From Macrostomum hystrix (lineage: Eukaryota; Animalia; Platyhelminthes), in contig CATNEN010000028.1 of the NCBI GenBank assembly GCA_950097015.1, positions 682,001-746,000 on the forward strand: a stretch of 64,000 bases of DNA, in the 5' to 3' direction. The position numbers were made by a program, and so were the translations under genes. Shown here piece after piece: positions 1 through 21,650 of this stretch (position 1 is the stretch's first letter; each line of letters opens with the position of its first letter). The notes under the pieces were generated by a model. That model was not told where the DNA came from. It searched no databases and saw only the letters and a program-made list of their open reading frames with translations.

Positions 1-2
1 CA

Positions 3-1800
3 GTTGCCTATAGCAACAACGACGATGCAGAAGGGGAAGCGAATTCGGCTTCGTCGATGGATGTCGTTGACTGTGACAGCGAAGAGGCATGCAATAGCCG
101 CAGTCCGGGCTTAAAGTGGCGCCCGGTGATGTTCAGTTGGGCTAATCCAGGAGCTACAGCTCCCAAGCAGCAACGCTTAACTGACAATGCTAACGATTGC
201 GGCGGCGGAGGCGAAGTCGATAATGATATCGGCGACAAAGGACTCGGCGCCTCTTCTGAAGCTGAAGATGCAGAAATTGATCCGGTAAGCTATTATTATT
301 TAGTTAAATAACTCTGCTTATATGATGTGTCGAAGAGCTGTTGGGGGATAATCACCTGTCTATGGGCTAGGTATGATCACTTGTTAGCTACAGTATGACT
401 AACTGCCAATAAACATAGAAGTAGATTCAATCACCTGTCAATTAAGTATTTTTAATACAGGCGCCCATCAATGAGCCAGATACAATCACCTGTCAATGAG
501 CTAGATACAGACACCTGTCAATGAGCCAGATACAATCACCTGTCAATGAGCTAGATACAGACACCTGTCAATGAGCCAGATACAGTCACCTGTCAATGAG
601 CTAGATACAGACACCTGTCAATGAGCCAGATACAGACACCTGTCAATGAGCCAGATACAATCACCTGTCAATGAGCTAGATACAGACACCTGTCAATGAG
701 CTAGATACAGACACCTGTCAATGAGCTAGATACAGACACCTGTCAATGAGCCAGATACAATCACCTGTCAATGAGCCAGATACAATCACCTGTCAATGAG
801 CTAGATACAGACACCTGTCAATGAGCCAGATACAATCACCTGTCAATGAGCCAGATACAATCACCTGTCAATGAGCTAGATACAGACACCTGTCAATGAG
901 CCAGATACAATCACCTGTCAATGAGCTAGATACAGACACCTGTCAATGAGCCAGATACAGACACCTGTCAATGAGCTAGATACAATCACCTGTCAATGAG
1001 CTAGATACAGACACCTGTCAATGAGCTAGATACAATCACCTGTCAATGAGCTAGATACAGACACCTGTCAATGAGCCAGATACAATCACCTGTCAATGAG
1101 CTAGATACAGACACCTGTCAATGAGCCAGATACAATCACCTGTCAATGAGCCAGATACAATCACCTGTCAATGAGCTAGATACAGACACCTGTCAATGAG
1201 CCAGATACAATCACCTGTCAATGAGCTAGATACAGACACCTGTCAATGAGCCAGATACAGACACCTGTCAATGAGCTAGATACAATCACCTGTCAATGAG
1301 CTAGATACAGACACCTGTCAATGAGCCAGATACAGACACCTGTCAATGAGCTAGATACAGACACCTGTCAATGAGCTAGATACAATCACCTGTCAATGAG
1401 CCAGATACAGACACCTGTCAATGAGCTAGATACAGACACCTGTCAATGAGCCAGATATAGACACCTGTCAATGAGCTAGATACAATCACCTGTCAATGAG
1501 CCAGATACAGACACCTGTCAATGAGCTAGATACAGACACCTGTCAATGAGCTAGATACAATCACCTGTCAATGAGCTAGATACAATCACCTGTCAATGAG
1601 CCAGATATAGACACCTGTCAATGAGCTAGATACAATCACCTGTCAATGAGCCAGATACAGACACCTGTCAATGAGCTAGATACAGACACCTGTCAAGGGT
1701 CTCATTCAACAGTACAAATCACTAAACGCAGGCCCGACTAAGCCTGATGTCCCGCGACTCCTGGCGCCGTTTCTCTGGTCAGCTTCGAGTGCTGCCCTGA
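3..1800 (+). CDS. 3' end of an unidentified spliced gene (partial; exons <3-284 and 1732-1800)
   Basis: Open acidic frame VAYSNNDDAEGE...AEIDP ends at CCG|GTAAGC (phase 0). Acceptor actaaacgcag| at 1731 gives in-frame ARLSLMSRDSWRRFSGQLRVLP-TGA. No recognisable domain. Confidence 0.5.
466..1696. repeat. 25-bp minisatellite (cacctgtcaatgagc[c/t]agataca[ga/at]), about 49 copies, intronic
   Basis: Direct tandem periodicity read from the sequence. Confidence 0.95.
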
Positions 1801-2430
1801 GCAGTGTTCTTCGGTTGTCCTGGCTACCATACTAATTATGTACCATATTTTTACTGGCTGAAAAAAATGTTCTTATATTAAATCAAACAATGTCAGACTT
1901 TCTAATTCTTTTGCTATTTCTGTCTGTCTTTCTGTTAAATATTTTAATATATTCGTCCTTTACTTAAATCAAATCACTTTTCTGTCATATCTTCTTTTGT
2001 TTAAAATGTTTATTGGAGTTTCTAGAAATGTTTTGCATTCTTTTCAAGATATCTGATGTGCTTACTCATTCTATTTCCTAGATACACATGTCCTAGATAG
2101 TTGCCAATGCGTATTGATTTAAAATTAGTGTAATTTTTTATTCTTAAATTTGATTTTGTTGCAATAGTAATCATAATTTAATAGTTTTGTTATAATATTC
2201 TTGATTTCAATTATAACTATTTTAATTACTCAAGGTTGTGTTAAAGCTGCGTTAAAGCACACAACATACCCCCTTACTTAATTCTGAATTGTAGTCTCTT
2301 GTTATACTCAATACTAAATTGCAGTATTGTCTAGGCTTAACGTTTTTCAAATCGTTTTTTAAGATTAATCATTGCAAGTTTCCATGCAAGTTAGCCAGTT
2401 TGACTCTTCATTGCCATTTTCAAATACTCC

Positions 2431-3660
2431 TTAATGTACACTCTCCCCAAGCCAATCCCAGCCAGTCCTTAATGCGTACACTGTGTCTGAGCCAATCCCA
2501 GCCACTCCTCAGTGTACACTGTGTCTAAGCCAATCCCAGCTACTCCTCAACGTACACTGTGTCTAAGCCAATCCCAACCACTCACCAACGTACACTGTGT
2601 CTAAGCCAATCCCAGCTACTCCTCAATGTACACTGTGTCTAAGCCAATCCCAACCACTCACCAACGTACACTGTGTCTAAGCCAATCCCAGCTACTCCTC
2701 AACGTACACTGTGTCTAAGCCAATCCCAGCTACTCCTCAATGTACACTGTGTCTAAGCCAATCCCAACCACTCATCAACGTACACTGTGTCTAAGCCAAT
2801 CCCAGCTACTCCTCAACGTACACTGTGTCTAAGCCAATCCTAGCTACTCCTCAATGTACACTGTGTCTAAGCCAATCCCAACCACTCACCAACGTACACT
2901 GTGTCTAAGCCAATCCCAGCTACTCCTCAATGTACACTGTGTCTAAGCCAATCCCAACCACTCATAAACGTACATACCCACAGGGTGTATATCGTTAGAC
3001 CCAGCTACTCCTCAATGTACACTGTGTCTAAGCCAATCCCAGCTACTCCTCAATGTACACTGTGTCTAAGCCAATCCCAGCTACTCCTCAACGTACACTG
3101 TGTCTAAGCCAATCCCAGCTACTCCTCAATGTACACTGTGTCTAAGCCAATCCCAACCACTCATCAACGTACACTGTGTCTAAGCCAATCCCAGCTACTC
3201 CTCAACGTACACTGTGTCTAAGCCAATCCTAGCTACTCCTCAATGTACACTGTGTCTAAGCCAATCCCAACCACTCACCAACGTACACTGTGTCTAAGCC
3301 AATCCCAGTTTCTCCTCAATGTACACTGTGTCTAAGCCAATCCCAACCACTCATAAACGTACATACCCACAGGGTGTATATCGTTAGACCCAGCTACTCC
3401 TCAATGTACACTGTGTCTAAGCCAATCCCAGCTACTCCTCAATGTACACTGTGTCTAAGCCAATCCCAGCTACTCCTCAACGTACACTGTGTCTAAGCCA
3501 ATCCCAGCTACTCCTCAATGTACACTGTGTCTAAGCCAATCCCAACCACTCATCAACGTACACTGTGTCTAAGCCAATCCCAGCTACTCCTCAATGTACA
3601 CTGTGTCTAAGCCAATCCCAACCACTTATAAACGTACATACCCACAGGGTGTATATCGTT
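2431..3660. repeat. 38-bp minisatellite (tgtacactgtgtctaagccaatcccagctactcctcaa) with higher-order duplication
   Basis: Tandem units. The flank sequence acatacccacagggtgtatatcgtt recurs at about 2972, 3361 and 3636. Confidence 0.93.
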
Positions 3661-4354
3661 AAACAGACCTCAGCATTCGCACATCTTAGTGCTCTAACAT
3701 TAAAATCAAACATTTATAACCGGAATGCTATATATAAGTTTTAATAACTTATTATCTGTATCTGATCTTCAGTTTCTCTACTCTACAGTTGCCAAGGCAA
3801 GCATGCTTACCTTCTTTGTGAAATTTATCTCTGTTTATAGATCTGTTGAACGTATTTTGTAAAGTTAATCTAGTTCTAAAAATCGGTTGTAAAAATGCTT
3901 GTTTTTTAATTGGTTGCACGTTTGTTAGTCGCCTCATCAACACAACTCCCTGTTGTTGCTGTACAGTTTATATTTTCTATCTTCTGTTTATTGCGAACTG
4001 CTGCTGTTCAGGTGTTATCTCGTTTCGTCTCTTATACTTTCTAAGTCAATATTTGGTAGGCTTATACGATGAATTATGTTACCAAGTATGAATCAAAAGT
4101 AAGTAACATCAAAATACAAAGACGCATTCTACTTATTTGGTTCGTGTTTTTTTAACATTTAAATATAAAACTCGTTGCACCCGAGTTTAATCTGTTGTAC
4201 TTTTTCATGTTTCTAAATATTGGCTCTAATATTAATATAGTGCCAAGTAAATCTCATCTGAAAATAGTAATAATACTCGACAAAAAAGTTCGTGTTTAAC
4301 TTATCGCATCAATTTTTTGCGGGCCTTTTTAAAAAAACTACATTACGTAACACT

Positions 4355-4812
4355 CCCGCTGGGACTCAACTCCGACATTTTGCAGACTGTTGGTTCGATT
4401 TCGGACCGAAATTCACACGAAATGTAATTTCGACCCGATTTTGAACCGTTTTAGAGCCGAATTTCATCTGCTCTGTGTCGGATCAAAATCGGCTGACTGT
4501 CGGGAAAAGTTTTGGTCCGATTTTTCCACGACTCCCACCCGAATTTCATCTGCTCTGTGTCGGATCAAAATCGGCTGACTGTCGGGAAAGTTTTGGATTT
4601 TTCACTTTTGGTCCGACAAAAACCGATGAAAATCGTACGAAGATGAATGTCGATCCGTCTTTTATATTTTGTTTGCGACTTTCGTCTGCCCAAAATCGAC
4701 CCGACGGCACCGACGCCACAACAAGATGAAAATCGGGAATAGATCGGTCCGATTTTCCCTTTCTTTGTGTCGGGCCGTTTAAAGTTGAATGTCGGAGTTA
4801 GGTCCCAGCGGG
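4355..4812. mobile_element. Non-autonomous TIR DNA transposon (MITE-like), 458 bp
   Basis: Left end cccgctgggactcaactccgacatt (4355) is the near-perfect reverse complement of aatgtcggagttaggtcccagcggg (ends 4812). CT flanks both sides (possible 2-bp TSD). Internal gtcggatcaaaatcggctgactgtcggga repeats. Confidence 0.75.
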
Positions 4813-5183
4813 CTGCTGGATATTGCTGGGGAGTTAACAGTAGGACCACAAATCCATTTTACCGCCCGTTTAAATACGAAGGGGGAATTCCCCCCTTTAA
4901 CTTAAGAACACAGGCCAACTTTTCTTGTGCATTTTCTGAAACAGGAATTGAGTCGCCAGCCCTTCAGACCGTCGAAATATTCATCGGTTCTGCCAGAAGG
5001 TCAGATTTTTCCTATAAGTGCTAGTGCATTTCATACCCCCATACACGAGATTCACACTTGCCAGGCCTTCAACATTTATCAGCACGTCACCCGCATGGGC
5101 CTGCTGATGCAGGTCGGAGTTGATGCAGGCACAATTTGACCGAAATGACGATAAAAATTAGCTATTAAATCAAGCAAATGAGT

Positions 5184-13742
<8,559 letters not shown>

Positions 13743-14019
13743 GGTAATTGCACGCATTATCGAAGTAGGCTGCCGCATTCAACTAGAAGCAATAGAAAAG
13801 CAGAATATTGTATCTGAGCATCATCTTACGGTTGGGGCGTCAATTTATTTAAGGCACCCGATAATCTTGACATGCAACTCTCGCATTGGTTCTCACTGCA
13901 TGAAAACTGCGCCCATTTGCCAAGCCTTTGTTAATTTCCAAAAGTATGTTTAACTGGTTAGCAACTTACTACTCGTCAGTAGAACTTAGTGAGTTTCGTT
14001 CGCTCATTTCCATGACTGA

Positions 14020-14881
14020 CTGCTCACTGACTCCCATGACTGCTCACTGACTCCCATGACTGCTCACTGACTCCCATGATTGCTCACTCACTGCCATGAC
14101 TGCTCACTGACTCCCATGACTGCTCACTGACTCCCATGACTGCTCACTGACTCCCATGACTGCTCACCGACTCCCATGACTGCTCACTGACTCCCATGAC
14201 TGCTCACTCACTGCCATGACTGCCCACTGACTTCCATGACTGCTCACTGACTCCCATGACTGCTCACTGACTCCCATGACTGCTCACTGACTCCCATGAC
14301 TGCTCACTGACTCCCATGACTGCTCACTGACTCCCATGACTGCTCACTGACTCCCATGACTGCTCACCGACTCCCATGACTGCTCACTGACTCACATGAC
14401 TGCTCACTGACTCACATGACTGCTCACTGACTCACATGACTGCTCACCGACTCCCATGACTGCTCACTGACTCACATGACTGCTCACTGACTCCCATGAC
14501 TGCCCACTGACTTCCATGACTGCCCACTGACTCCCATGACTGTCCACTGACTCCCATGACTGCCCACTGACTTCCATGACTGCCCACTGACTCCCATGAC
14601 TGTCCACTGACTCCCATGACTTCCCACTGACTCCCATGACTGCTCACCGACTCCCATGACTGCTCACTGACTCACATGACTGCTCACTGACTCCCATGAC
14701 TGCCCACTGATTCCCATGAGAGTCCACTGACTCTCATGACTGCTCACTCACTCCCATGACTGCTCACTGACTCCCATGACTGCTCACTGACTCCCATGAC
14801 TGCTCACTGACTCCCATGACTGCTCACTGACTCCCATGACTGCTCACTGACTCCCATGACTGCTCACTGACTCCCATGACT
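14020..14881. repeat. 20-bp minisatellite (ctcccatgactgctcactga)
   Basis: Tandem periodicity. An inverted relative lies at 29177-29600. Confidence 0.95.
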
Positions 14882-15181
14882 AACTGTTATGTAGACTACA
14901 TGCGCCTCTATCGCGAAGGAGGCTCAGGAAGGTTATTGCTCTTGACTTGTGCTAGACTCAAATAGATTATTAGTACAGTTCGCTCTGCTTGTGAGTAGTG
15001 CTATAATTTTACGATAGTTTTGCGGTCAATCATTTTGCTCAGTGTTTTGGAATTATGCATATTGTCGATTTAGCAACACTGTATATATTATACAGGGAGA
15101 AGAACAACAGTTCAACTACGGAATAGAGAATGGGCTGGCAGGTTAGACAAGCATGTTAAAATAAGTGTTGTTTTTTAATTA

Positions 15182-15256
15182 TCATTCAGCATTTCCTGGC
15201 CTTGGCTTGACTCGATTGTACAGAACAATTTTCTTATTCGCATAGCGACTGCGGCT

Positions 15257-15304
<48 letters not shown>

Positions 15305-18300
15305 AAGCTGTTTCTGCTGCTGGATTCGTTTCACCTCGGCTAATTGCTTCGTTGTGAGCTTGGCCTCTCGTTCGGCTATTCGCTGTTCCACTGAGTCGAC
15401 CAGTTCTTTAAGCTCCGGGAAGGCCTGAAGGTTTTCGATTAGCGGCACCAGGCGAGGCTCGATGCTCGGGTGCTTGCTGGCTGCATCGGGTTGTGGCGGA
15501 GGCGGCTGAGTTTGGGATCTGTTTAGTTTGCAGCGGCAAGCTCAACCTTACATTTTTGTGTGTGCTCAACCCGAGATTGACGTGCGCTCAACCTGAGATA
15601 AGGGTGTGCTCAAACTGAGATAAGGGTGTGCTCAAACTGAGATAAGGGTGTGCTCAAACTGAGATAAGGGTGTGCTCAAACTGAGATAAGGGTGTGCTCA
15701 AACTGAGATAAGGGTGTGCTCAACCTGAGATTAGAGTGTGCTCATCCTGAGATAAGAGTGTGTTCAACCTGAGATAGAGGTGTGCTCAAACTGAGATAAG
15801 GGTGTGTTCAACCTGAGATAGGGGTGTGCTCAAACTGAGATTGGAGTGTGCTTAACCTGAGGTAAGGGTGTGCTCAACCTGAGGTAAGGGTGTGCTCAAC
15901 CTGAGATAAGGGTGTGCTCTAGTTGAGATTGGCAGTGCTCAACCCAAGAGACTGTGAGAAATATTGGGTCAATATGTGCCTGAAATCGCTGCTCAAACAG
16001 AATATTAGTGAGAAGTTAGTGCTCAACATAAAGATATATAAAATATTAGGCTTAAAGAAACATTTAAAAAATTATATTTAGCGGTCACACTCGTAAATGC
16101 TAAAAGAAATTCAATTGCGAGATTGTTTGCTGATGATTAAAAATAATTTTCATTTTTCTGTTGTCGGCTGTTTTGAGTTATTTAGGCCGATGGAACGCCT
16201 CAGACAGGAAATAGACACGGATTAGTGAATTTTACCTGAGCTTTGATATTTTTTAAGTTTTAAATCGGAAAAATAGAGAAAATATTCGATTTAAAAAAGG
16301 GCTGAGCGTCAACTCACATTCGAGCTTGCAGAGAATGACGACATCCCGACTGCTGAGTTGGTCAGCCAGCGACTCGTGCTCCTGTAGATCTGGCAGTTTG
16401 AGCAACCGGCCTCCGACTGTGCTCAACTCGACCACCGCTGCAAGATTTGTTGATTAATTGATCGATTTATATTGATTGATAGTTTGATTTGCGAAAGTGT
16501 TCTTTTAAGTGAATCTATTTGATCTACTCGATAATAATCATAAATTGGTGATTGATTGGTAGGAAATTGATCAATTGGGAGTTCATTGATTGGTAGTTGA
16601 TCGATTGGAAGTTGATTGGTTGGGAGTTGATTGGTTGGGAGTTGATTGCTTGGGAGTTGATTGGTTGGGAGTTGATTGGTTGGGAGTTGATTGGTTGGGA
16701 GTTGATTGGTTGGGAGTCGATTGGTTGGGAGTTGATTGCTTGGGAGTTCATTGATTGGGAATTGATCGATTGGGAATTGATCGATTGGGAGTTGATCAAT
16801 TGGAAGTTGATTGATTGGGAGTTGATTGTTTGGGAGCTGATTGTTTGGGAGTTGATTGTTTGGGAGTTGATTGGTTGGGAGTTGATTGGTTGGGAGTTGA
16901 TTGGTTGGGAGTTGATTGGTTGGGAGTTCATTGATTGGGAATTGATCGATTGGGAGTTGATCAATTGGAAGTTGATTGATTGGGAGTTGATTGTTTGGGA
17001 GCTGATTGTTTGGGAGTTGATTGTTTGGGAGTTGATTGGTTGGGAGTTGATTGGTTGGGAGTTGATTGCTTGGGAGTTGATTGTTTGGGAGTTGATTGAT
17101 TGGGAGTTGATTGGTTGGGAGTTGATTGGTTGGGATTTGATTGGTTGGGATTTGATTGGTTGGGATTTGATTGGTTGGGAGGTGATTGGTTGGGAGTTGA
17201 TTGGTTGGGAGGTGATTGGTTGGGATTTGATTGGTTGGGAGGTGATTGGTTGGGAGGTGATTGGCTGGGAGTTGATTGGTTGGGAGTCGATCGATTGGGA
17301 GTTGATCGATTGGAAATTGATCGATTTAATAGTTGATTGAATGGGAGTTAATCGATTGGGAGTTGAATGTTTGGGAGTTAATTGGTTGGGAGTTGATTGG
17401 TTGGGAGGTGATTGGTTGGGACTTGATTGGTTGGGAGTTGATTGTTTGGGAGCTGATTGTTTGGGAGTTGATTGTTTGGGAGTTGATTGGTTGGAAGTTG
17501 ATTGGTTGGGAGTTGATTGGTTGGGAGTTGATTGGTTGGGAGTTGATTGGTTGGTAAGAAAGATCCCAAAATTATCCCCACTCACTGTCGTCATCCAATC
17601 TGCAACTCCGCCTGATAGCGCTAATCAGGTGCTCTTTTTGGCAGGTGATGTTAAACAGGGCCGTCTTGTTGGCTGAAAAAAGATGAAAAAGGGGTTTAAC
17701 AACGACTCTGGAGGCTAGCTGGCTTCGGGTGTGAGCGGCAGAGCGGTCTAACACGTTTGACGCTCGCACCAAAGTCCATGAGTTCGATTCCGCGGCGAGG
17801 CCAAATCAATTTGAGGAGAGTGAGCACTGCCTGACGATGAGAAAGTGCCCGTGTGCGATTTATGTGTTCAGGAATCAGCGGAATGGAGGAGAATTGCCTC
17901 TCGTTGGCTGCGGGTCGACTGTCCCCAAAAAGATGTGCCAGTGCCCATAGCTTCCCTCAATCTTCAGGTTCGCTCCCCTCAATCTTCAGGTTCGCTCCCC
18001 TCAATCTTCAGGTTCGCTCCCCTCAATCTTCAGGTCCGTTACCACATAGATATTCAGGTCCGCTCCTCTCTATCTTCAGGTTCGCTCCCCTCAATCTTCA
18101 GGTCCGTTACCACATAGATATTCAGGTCCGCTCCCCTCAATCTTCAGGTCCGCTCCCTAAATCTTCAGGTCCGCTCCCCTCAATTTTCAGGTCCGCTCCC
18201 TCAATCTTCAGGTCCGCTCCCTCAATCTTCAGGTCCGCTCCCTCAATCTTCAGGTCCGCTCCCCTCAATTTTCAGGTCCGCTCCCTCAATCTTCAGGTCC

Positions 18301-19642
18301 GCTCCCTCATTCTTCAGGTCCGCTCCCCTCAATCTTCAGGTCCGCTCCCCTCAATTTTCAGGTCCGCTCCCTCAATCTTCAGGTCCGCTTCCCTCGATAT
18401 TCAGGTGTGCGCCGCCTCTCCCGCCGCCGATTAATCTCAGCAGATTTCGCATAGACTATTTTTCACCCCAGAAGTGCAAGCTTGCAACAAGAGCGACTAA
18501 TCTGTGCGGCCCAATCCATCGGCGAAGATGCGGCTATCAAGCAAGTCAGCGAACCTTTGCAAACAGTACACTAGGCTGGCATACACCCACTCATTCACAT
18601 AGACCTGGTCTCGTGCCTGACATCTGCAGCTCGTGATTGATTGATAACGATACTCAAGCCATTATAACTCTGTAGATTCCATTGACTGGTCAGCGCATGG
18701 CTCTAACTCTTAACAAAAGATCACATCTATCTTACTCGATTGTGATTTACAAGTGTCGTTTCTTGCGACACAGCAAAGTAGATTGGCTAGAAAATTCGAA
18801 GGCTTTTCAACTGGCACGACCTAGTCTAGTTGGAGCCTTTGTTCGTTCTACCAAACCATTTGGGAATTCAATCCCTAATGTTTTCATTAGGGCTACAAAA
18901 AGGTCCTTTCTAACTTCAACTGATCCCACTTTGATGACCATTTGCTAGAGTTAAAAGAGAATTGATTGACAAGCACTTTGATTGGTGCCATGACTTCATG
19001 CTTGATTCGGTTTGATCTTGACCTCATTCACAGAGAAAAATACACACCCACTCACTCACCCACTCACTCACTCACCCACTCACTCACCCACTCACCCACT
19101 CACCCACTCACTCACCCCTCACTCACTCACCCACTCACCCACTCACTCACCCACTCACCCACTCACCCACTCACTCACTCACCCACTCACTCACTCACTC
19201 ACTCACCCACTCACCCACTCACTCACCTACTCACCCACTCACCCACACACTCACTCACTCACTCACCCACTCACTCACTCACTAACCCACCCACTCACTA
19301 ACCCACTTACTCACTCACCCACTCACCCACTCACTCACTCACTCACTCACTCACTAACTCACTCACTCACTCATTTACCCACTCACTCACTCACTCACCC
19401 ACTCACTCACTCACTCACTCATTTACCCACTCACTCACTCACTCACTCACTCACGCACTCACTCACCCACTCACTCACTCACTCACTCACTCACTCACTC
19501 ACTCACTTACTCACTCACTTACTCACCCACTTACTCACTCACCATCGTACAGGACGCAGAAGTACAGAGGCGGAACCGCAGCATCAATGGCGGAGTTTCG
19601 TCCAGACGCCCCTATCGCAGGATTTGTAGTGTCCGGTGCCAT
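15182..19642 (-). CDS. C22orf15/CXorf65-like uncharacterised protein with polyQ tail
   Basis: Exons, all phase 1: 19642-19543 (MAPD...LYFCVLYD, G|GTGAGT); 17672-17586 (NKTALFNITCQKEHLISAIRRSC); 16437-16318 (VVELSTVGGRLLKL...DVVILCKLE); 15480 (or 15540)-15182 (LVPLIENLQAFPELKEL...Q-run). The motif order resembles C22orf15 as recalled; not searched. Confidence 0.72.
15560..15945. repeat. 22-bp minisatellite (ctgagataagggtgtgctcaaa), intronic
   Basis: Tandem periodicity. Confidence 0.92.
16540..17553. repeat. 15-bp minisatellite (ggttgggagttgatt), intronic
   Basis: Tandem periodicity. Explains the WELIG/INSQP pseudo-ORFs. Confidence 0.95.
17726..17935 (+). mobile_element. tRNA-derived SINE family A, internally deleted copy
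   Basis: A-box-like gcggcagagcgg, B-box gagttcgattcc, and core ctgcctgacgatgagaaagt shared with 22123, 30540 and 55540. Confidence 0.8.
17952..18405. repeat. 21-22-bp minisatellite (ctcccctcaatcttcaggtccg), intronic
   Basis: Tandem periodicity. Confidence 0.92.
19043..19542. repeat. (ACTC/ACCC)n tetranucleotide microsatellite abutting a splice donor
   Basis: On the minus strand it reads G|GTGAGTGAGTAAGTGGG..., starting at the first intron base. Confidence 0.95.
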
Positions 19643-20164
19643 CAGCAGCAGTTGAGTGTGTTGTTATTCGGCTTATTTACCGTGAGGCCTGGACTATTTC
19701 AGATCTTAGTTTCTCGCCGCATTTTCAGACTATCAAGCCTTCACCGTTGAGCTATTTATGCTGCGAGAATTAGCTAGATGCGAAAAGGCCAACCCGCCTC
19801 GGTCTTTCTTGCTTTCTGAGGACACCGAGCAGAGTGCTAGAGATAAATGGATGAAGGCAGTAGTATGACAGCCCCACCGCTGCTTTTAAGTGTCGACCAA
19901 CGTTTCTTATGCCCAACTCTATTCTCATCATTCTTTCAGCTGTCTCTATGCTCAGTCCCGCCATTGGTTTCATTTTAAGTGTCTCATTCGCCACACAAAA
20001 CTGTTTACTCGGATTCTAAATTGTCTTGCAATGAGACTGCGCAAATTTACAGTGTGAGATGGCGGTGCAGAGAAACTCTTATATATGAAATCGCATATAT
20101 TAAAAATAGTGCGTCACTTTTTAAATTAACTGCACTGAAGGACTCCATATATTGTCACTTCATT

Positions 20165-21650
20165 GCCATAGAGGTCTGTCACTCCAAAGTCATAGAGGCC
20201 TGGCACTCCATAAATATAGAGGCCTGGCACTCCATTGCCATAGAGGTCTGTCACTCCAAAGTCATAGAGGCCTGGCACTCCATAAATATAGAGGCCTGGC
20301 ACTCCATTGCCATAGAGGTCTGTCACTCCAAAGTCATAGAGGCATGGCACTCCATAAATATAGAGGCCTGGCACTCCATTGCCATAGAGGTCTGTCACTC
20401 CAAAGTCATAGAGGCCTGGCACTCCATAAATATAGAGGCCTGGCACTCCATAAATATAGAGGCCTGGCACTCCATTGCCATAGAGGTCTGTCACTCCAAA
20501 GTCATAGAGGCCTGGCACTCCATAAATATAGAGGCCTGGCACTCCATTGCCATAGAGGTCTGTCACTCCAAAGTCATAGAGGTCTGTCACTCCAAAGTCA
20601 TAGAGGCATGGCACTCCATAAATATAGAGGCCTGGCACTCCATTGCCATAGAGGTCTGTCACTCCAAAGTCATAGAGGCCTGGCACTCCATAAATATAGA
20701 GGCCTGGCACTCCATAAATATAGAGGCCTGGCACTCCATTGCCATAGAGGTCTGTCACTCCAAAGTCATAGAGGCATGGCACTCCATAAATATAGAGGCC
20801 TGGCACTCCATAAATATAGAGGCCTGGCACTCCATTGCCATAGAGGTCTGTCACTCCAAAGTCATAGAGGCATGGCACTCCATAAATATAGAGGCCTGGC
20901 ACTCCATAAATATAGAGGCCTGGCACTCCATTGCCATAGAGGTCTGTCACTCCAAAGTCATAGAGGCATGGCACTCCATAAATATAGAGGCCTGGCACTC
21001 CATTGCCATAGAGGTCTGTCACTCCAAAGTCATAGAGGCATGGCACTCCATAAATATAGAGGCCTGGCACTCCATAAATATAGAGGCCTGGCACTCCATT
21101 GCCATAGAGGTCTGTCACTCCAAAGTCATAGAGGCATGGCACTCCATAAATATAGAGGCCTGGCACTCCATTGCCATAGAGGTCTGTCACTCCAAAGTCA
21201 TAGAGGCCTGGCACTCCATAAATATAGAGGCCTGGCACTCCATTGCCATAGAGGTCTGTCACTCCAAAGTCATAGAGGCATGGCACTCCATTGCCATAGA
21301 GGTCTGTCACTCCAAAGTCATAGAGGCATGGCACTCCATAAATATAGAGGCCTGTCACTCCAAAGTCATAGAGGCCTGGCACTCCATAAATATAGAGGCC
21401 TGTCACTACAAAGTCATAGAGGCATGGCACTCCATAAATATAGAGGCCTGTCACTCCAAAGTCATAGAGGCCTGGCACTCCGTAAATATAGAGGTCTGTC
21501 ACTACAAAGTCATAGAGGCATGGCACTCCATAAATATAGAGGCCTGTCACTCCAAAGTCATAGAGGCCTGGCACTCCGTAAATATAGAGGTCTGTCACTA
21601 CAAAGTCATAGAGGCCTGGCACTCCATTGCCATTGAGGTCTGTCACTCCA
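20165..21650. repeat. 24-bp minisatellite with three interspersed monomer variants
   Basis: Monomers gaggtctgtcactccaaagtcata, gaggcctggcactccataaatata and gaggcctggcactccattgccata. Confidence 0.95.

Noticed and set aside
15182-15240. KKIVLYNRV resembling the heparan sulfate 2-O-sulfotransferase YNRVPKT motif
   Set aside because: It continues KPRPGNAE-stop, no further sulfotransferase exons were found, and the exon chains into the C22orf15-like model.
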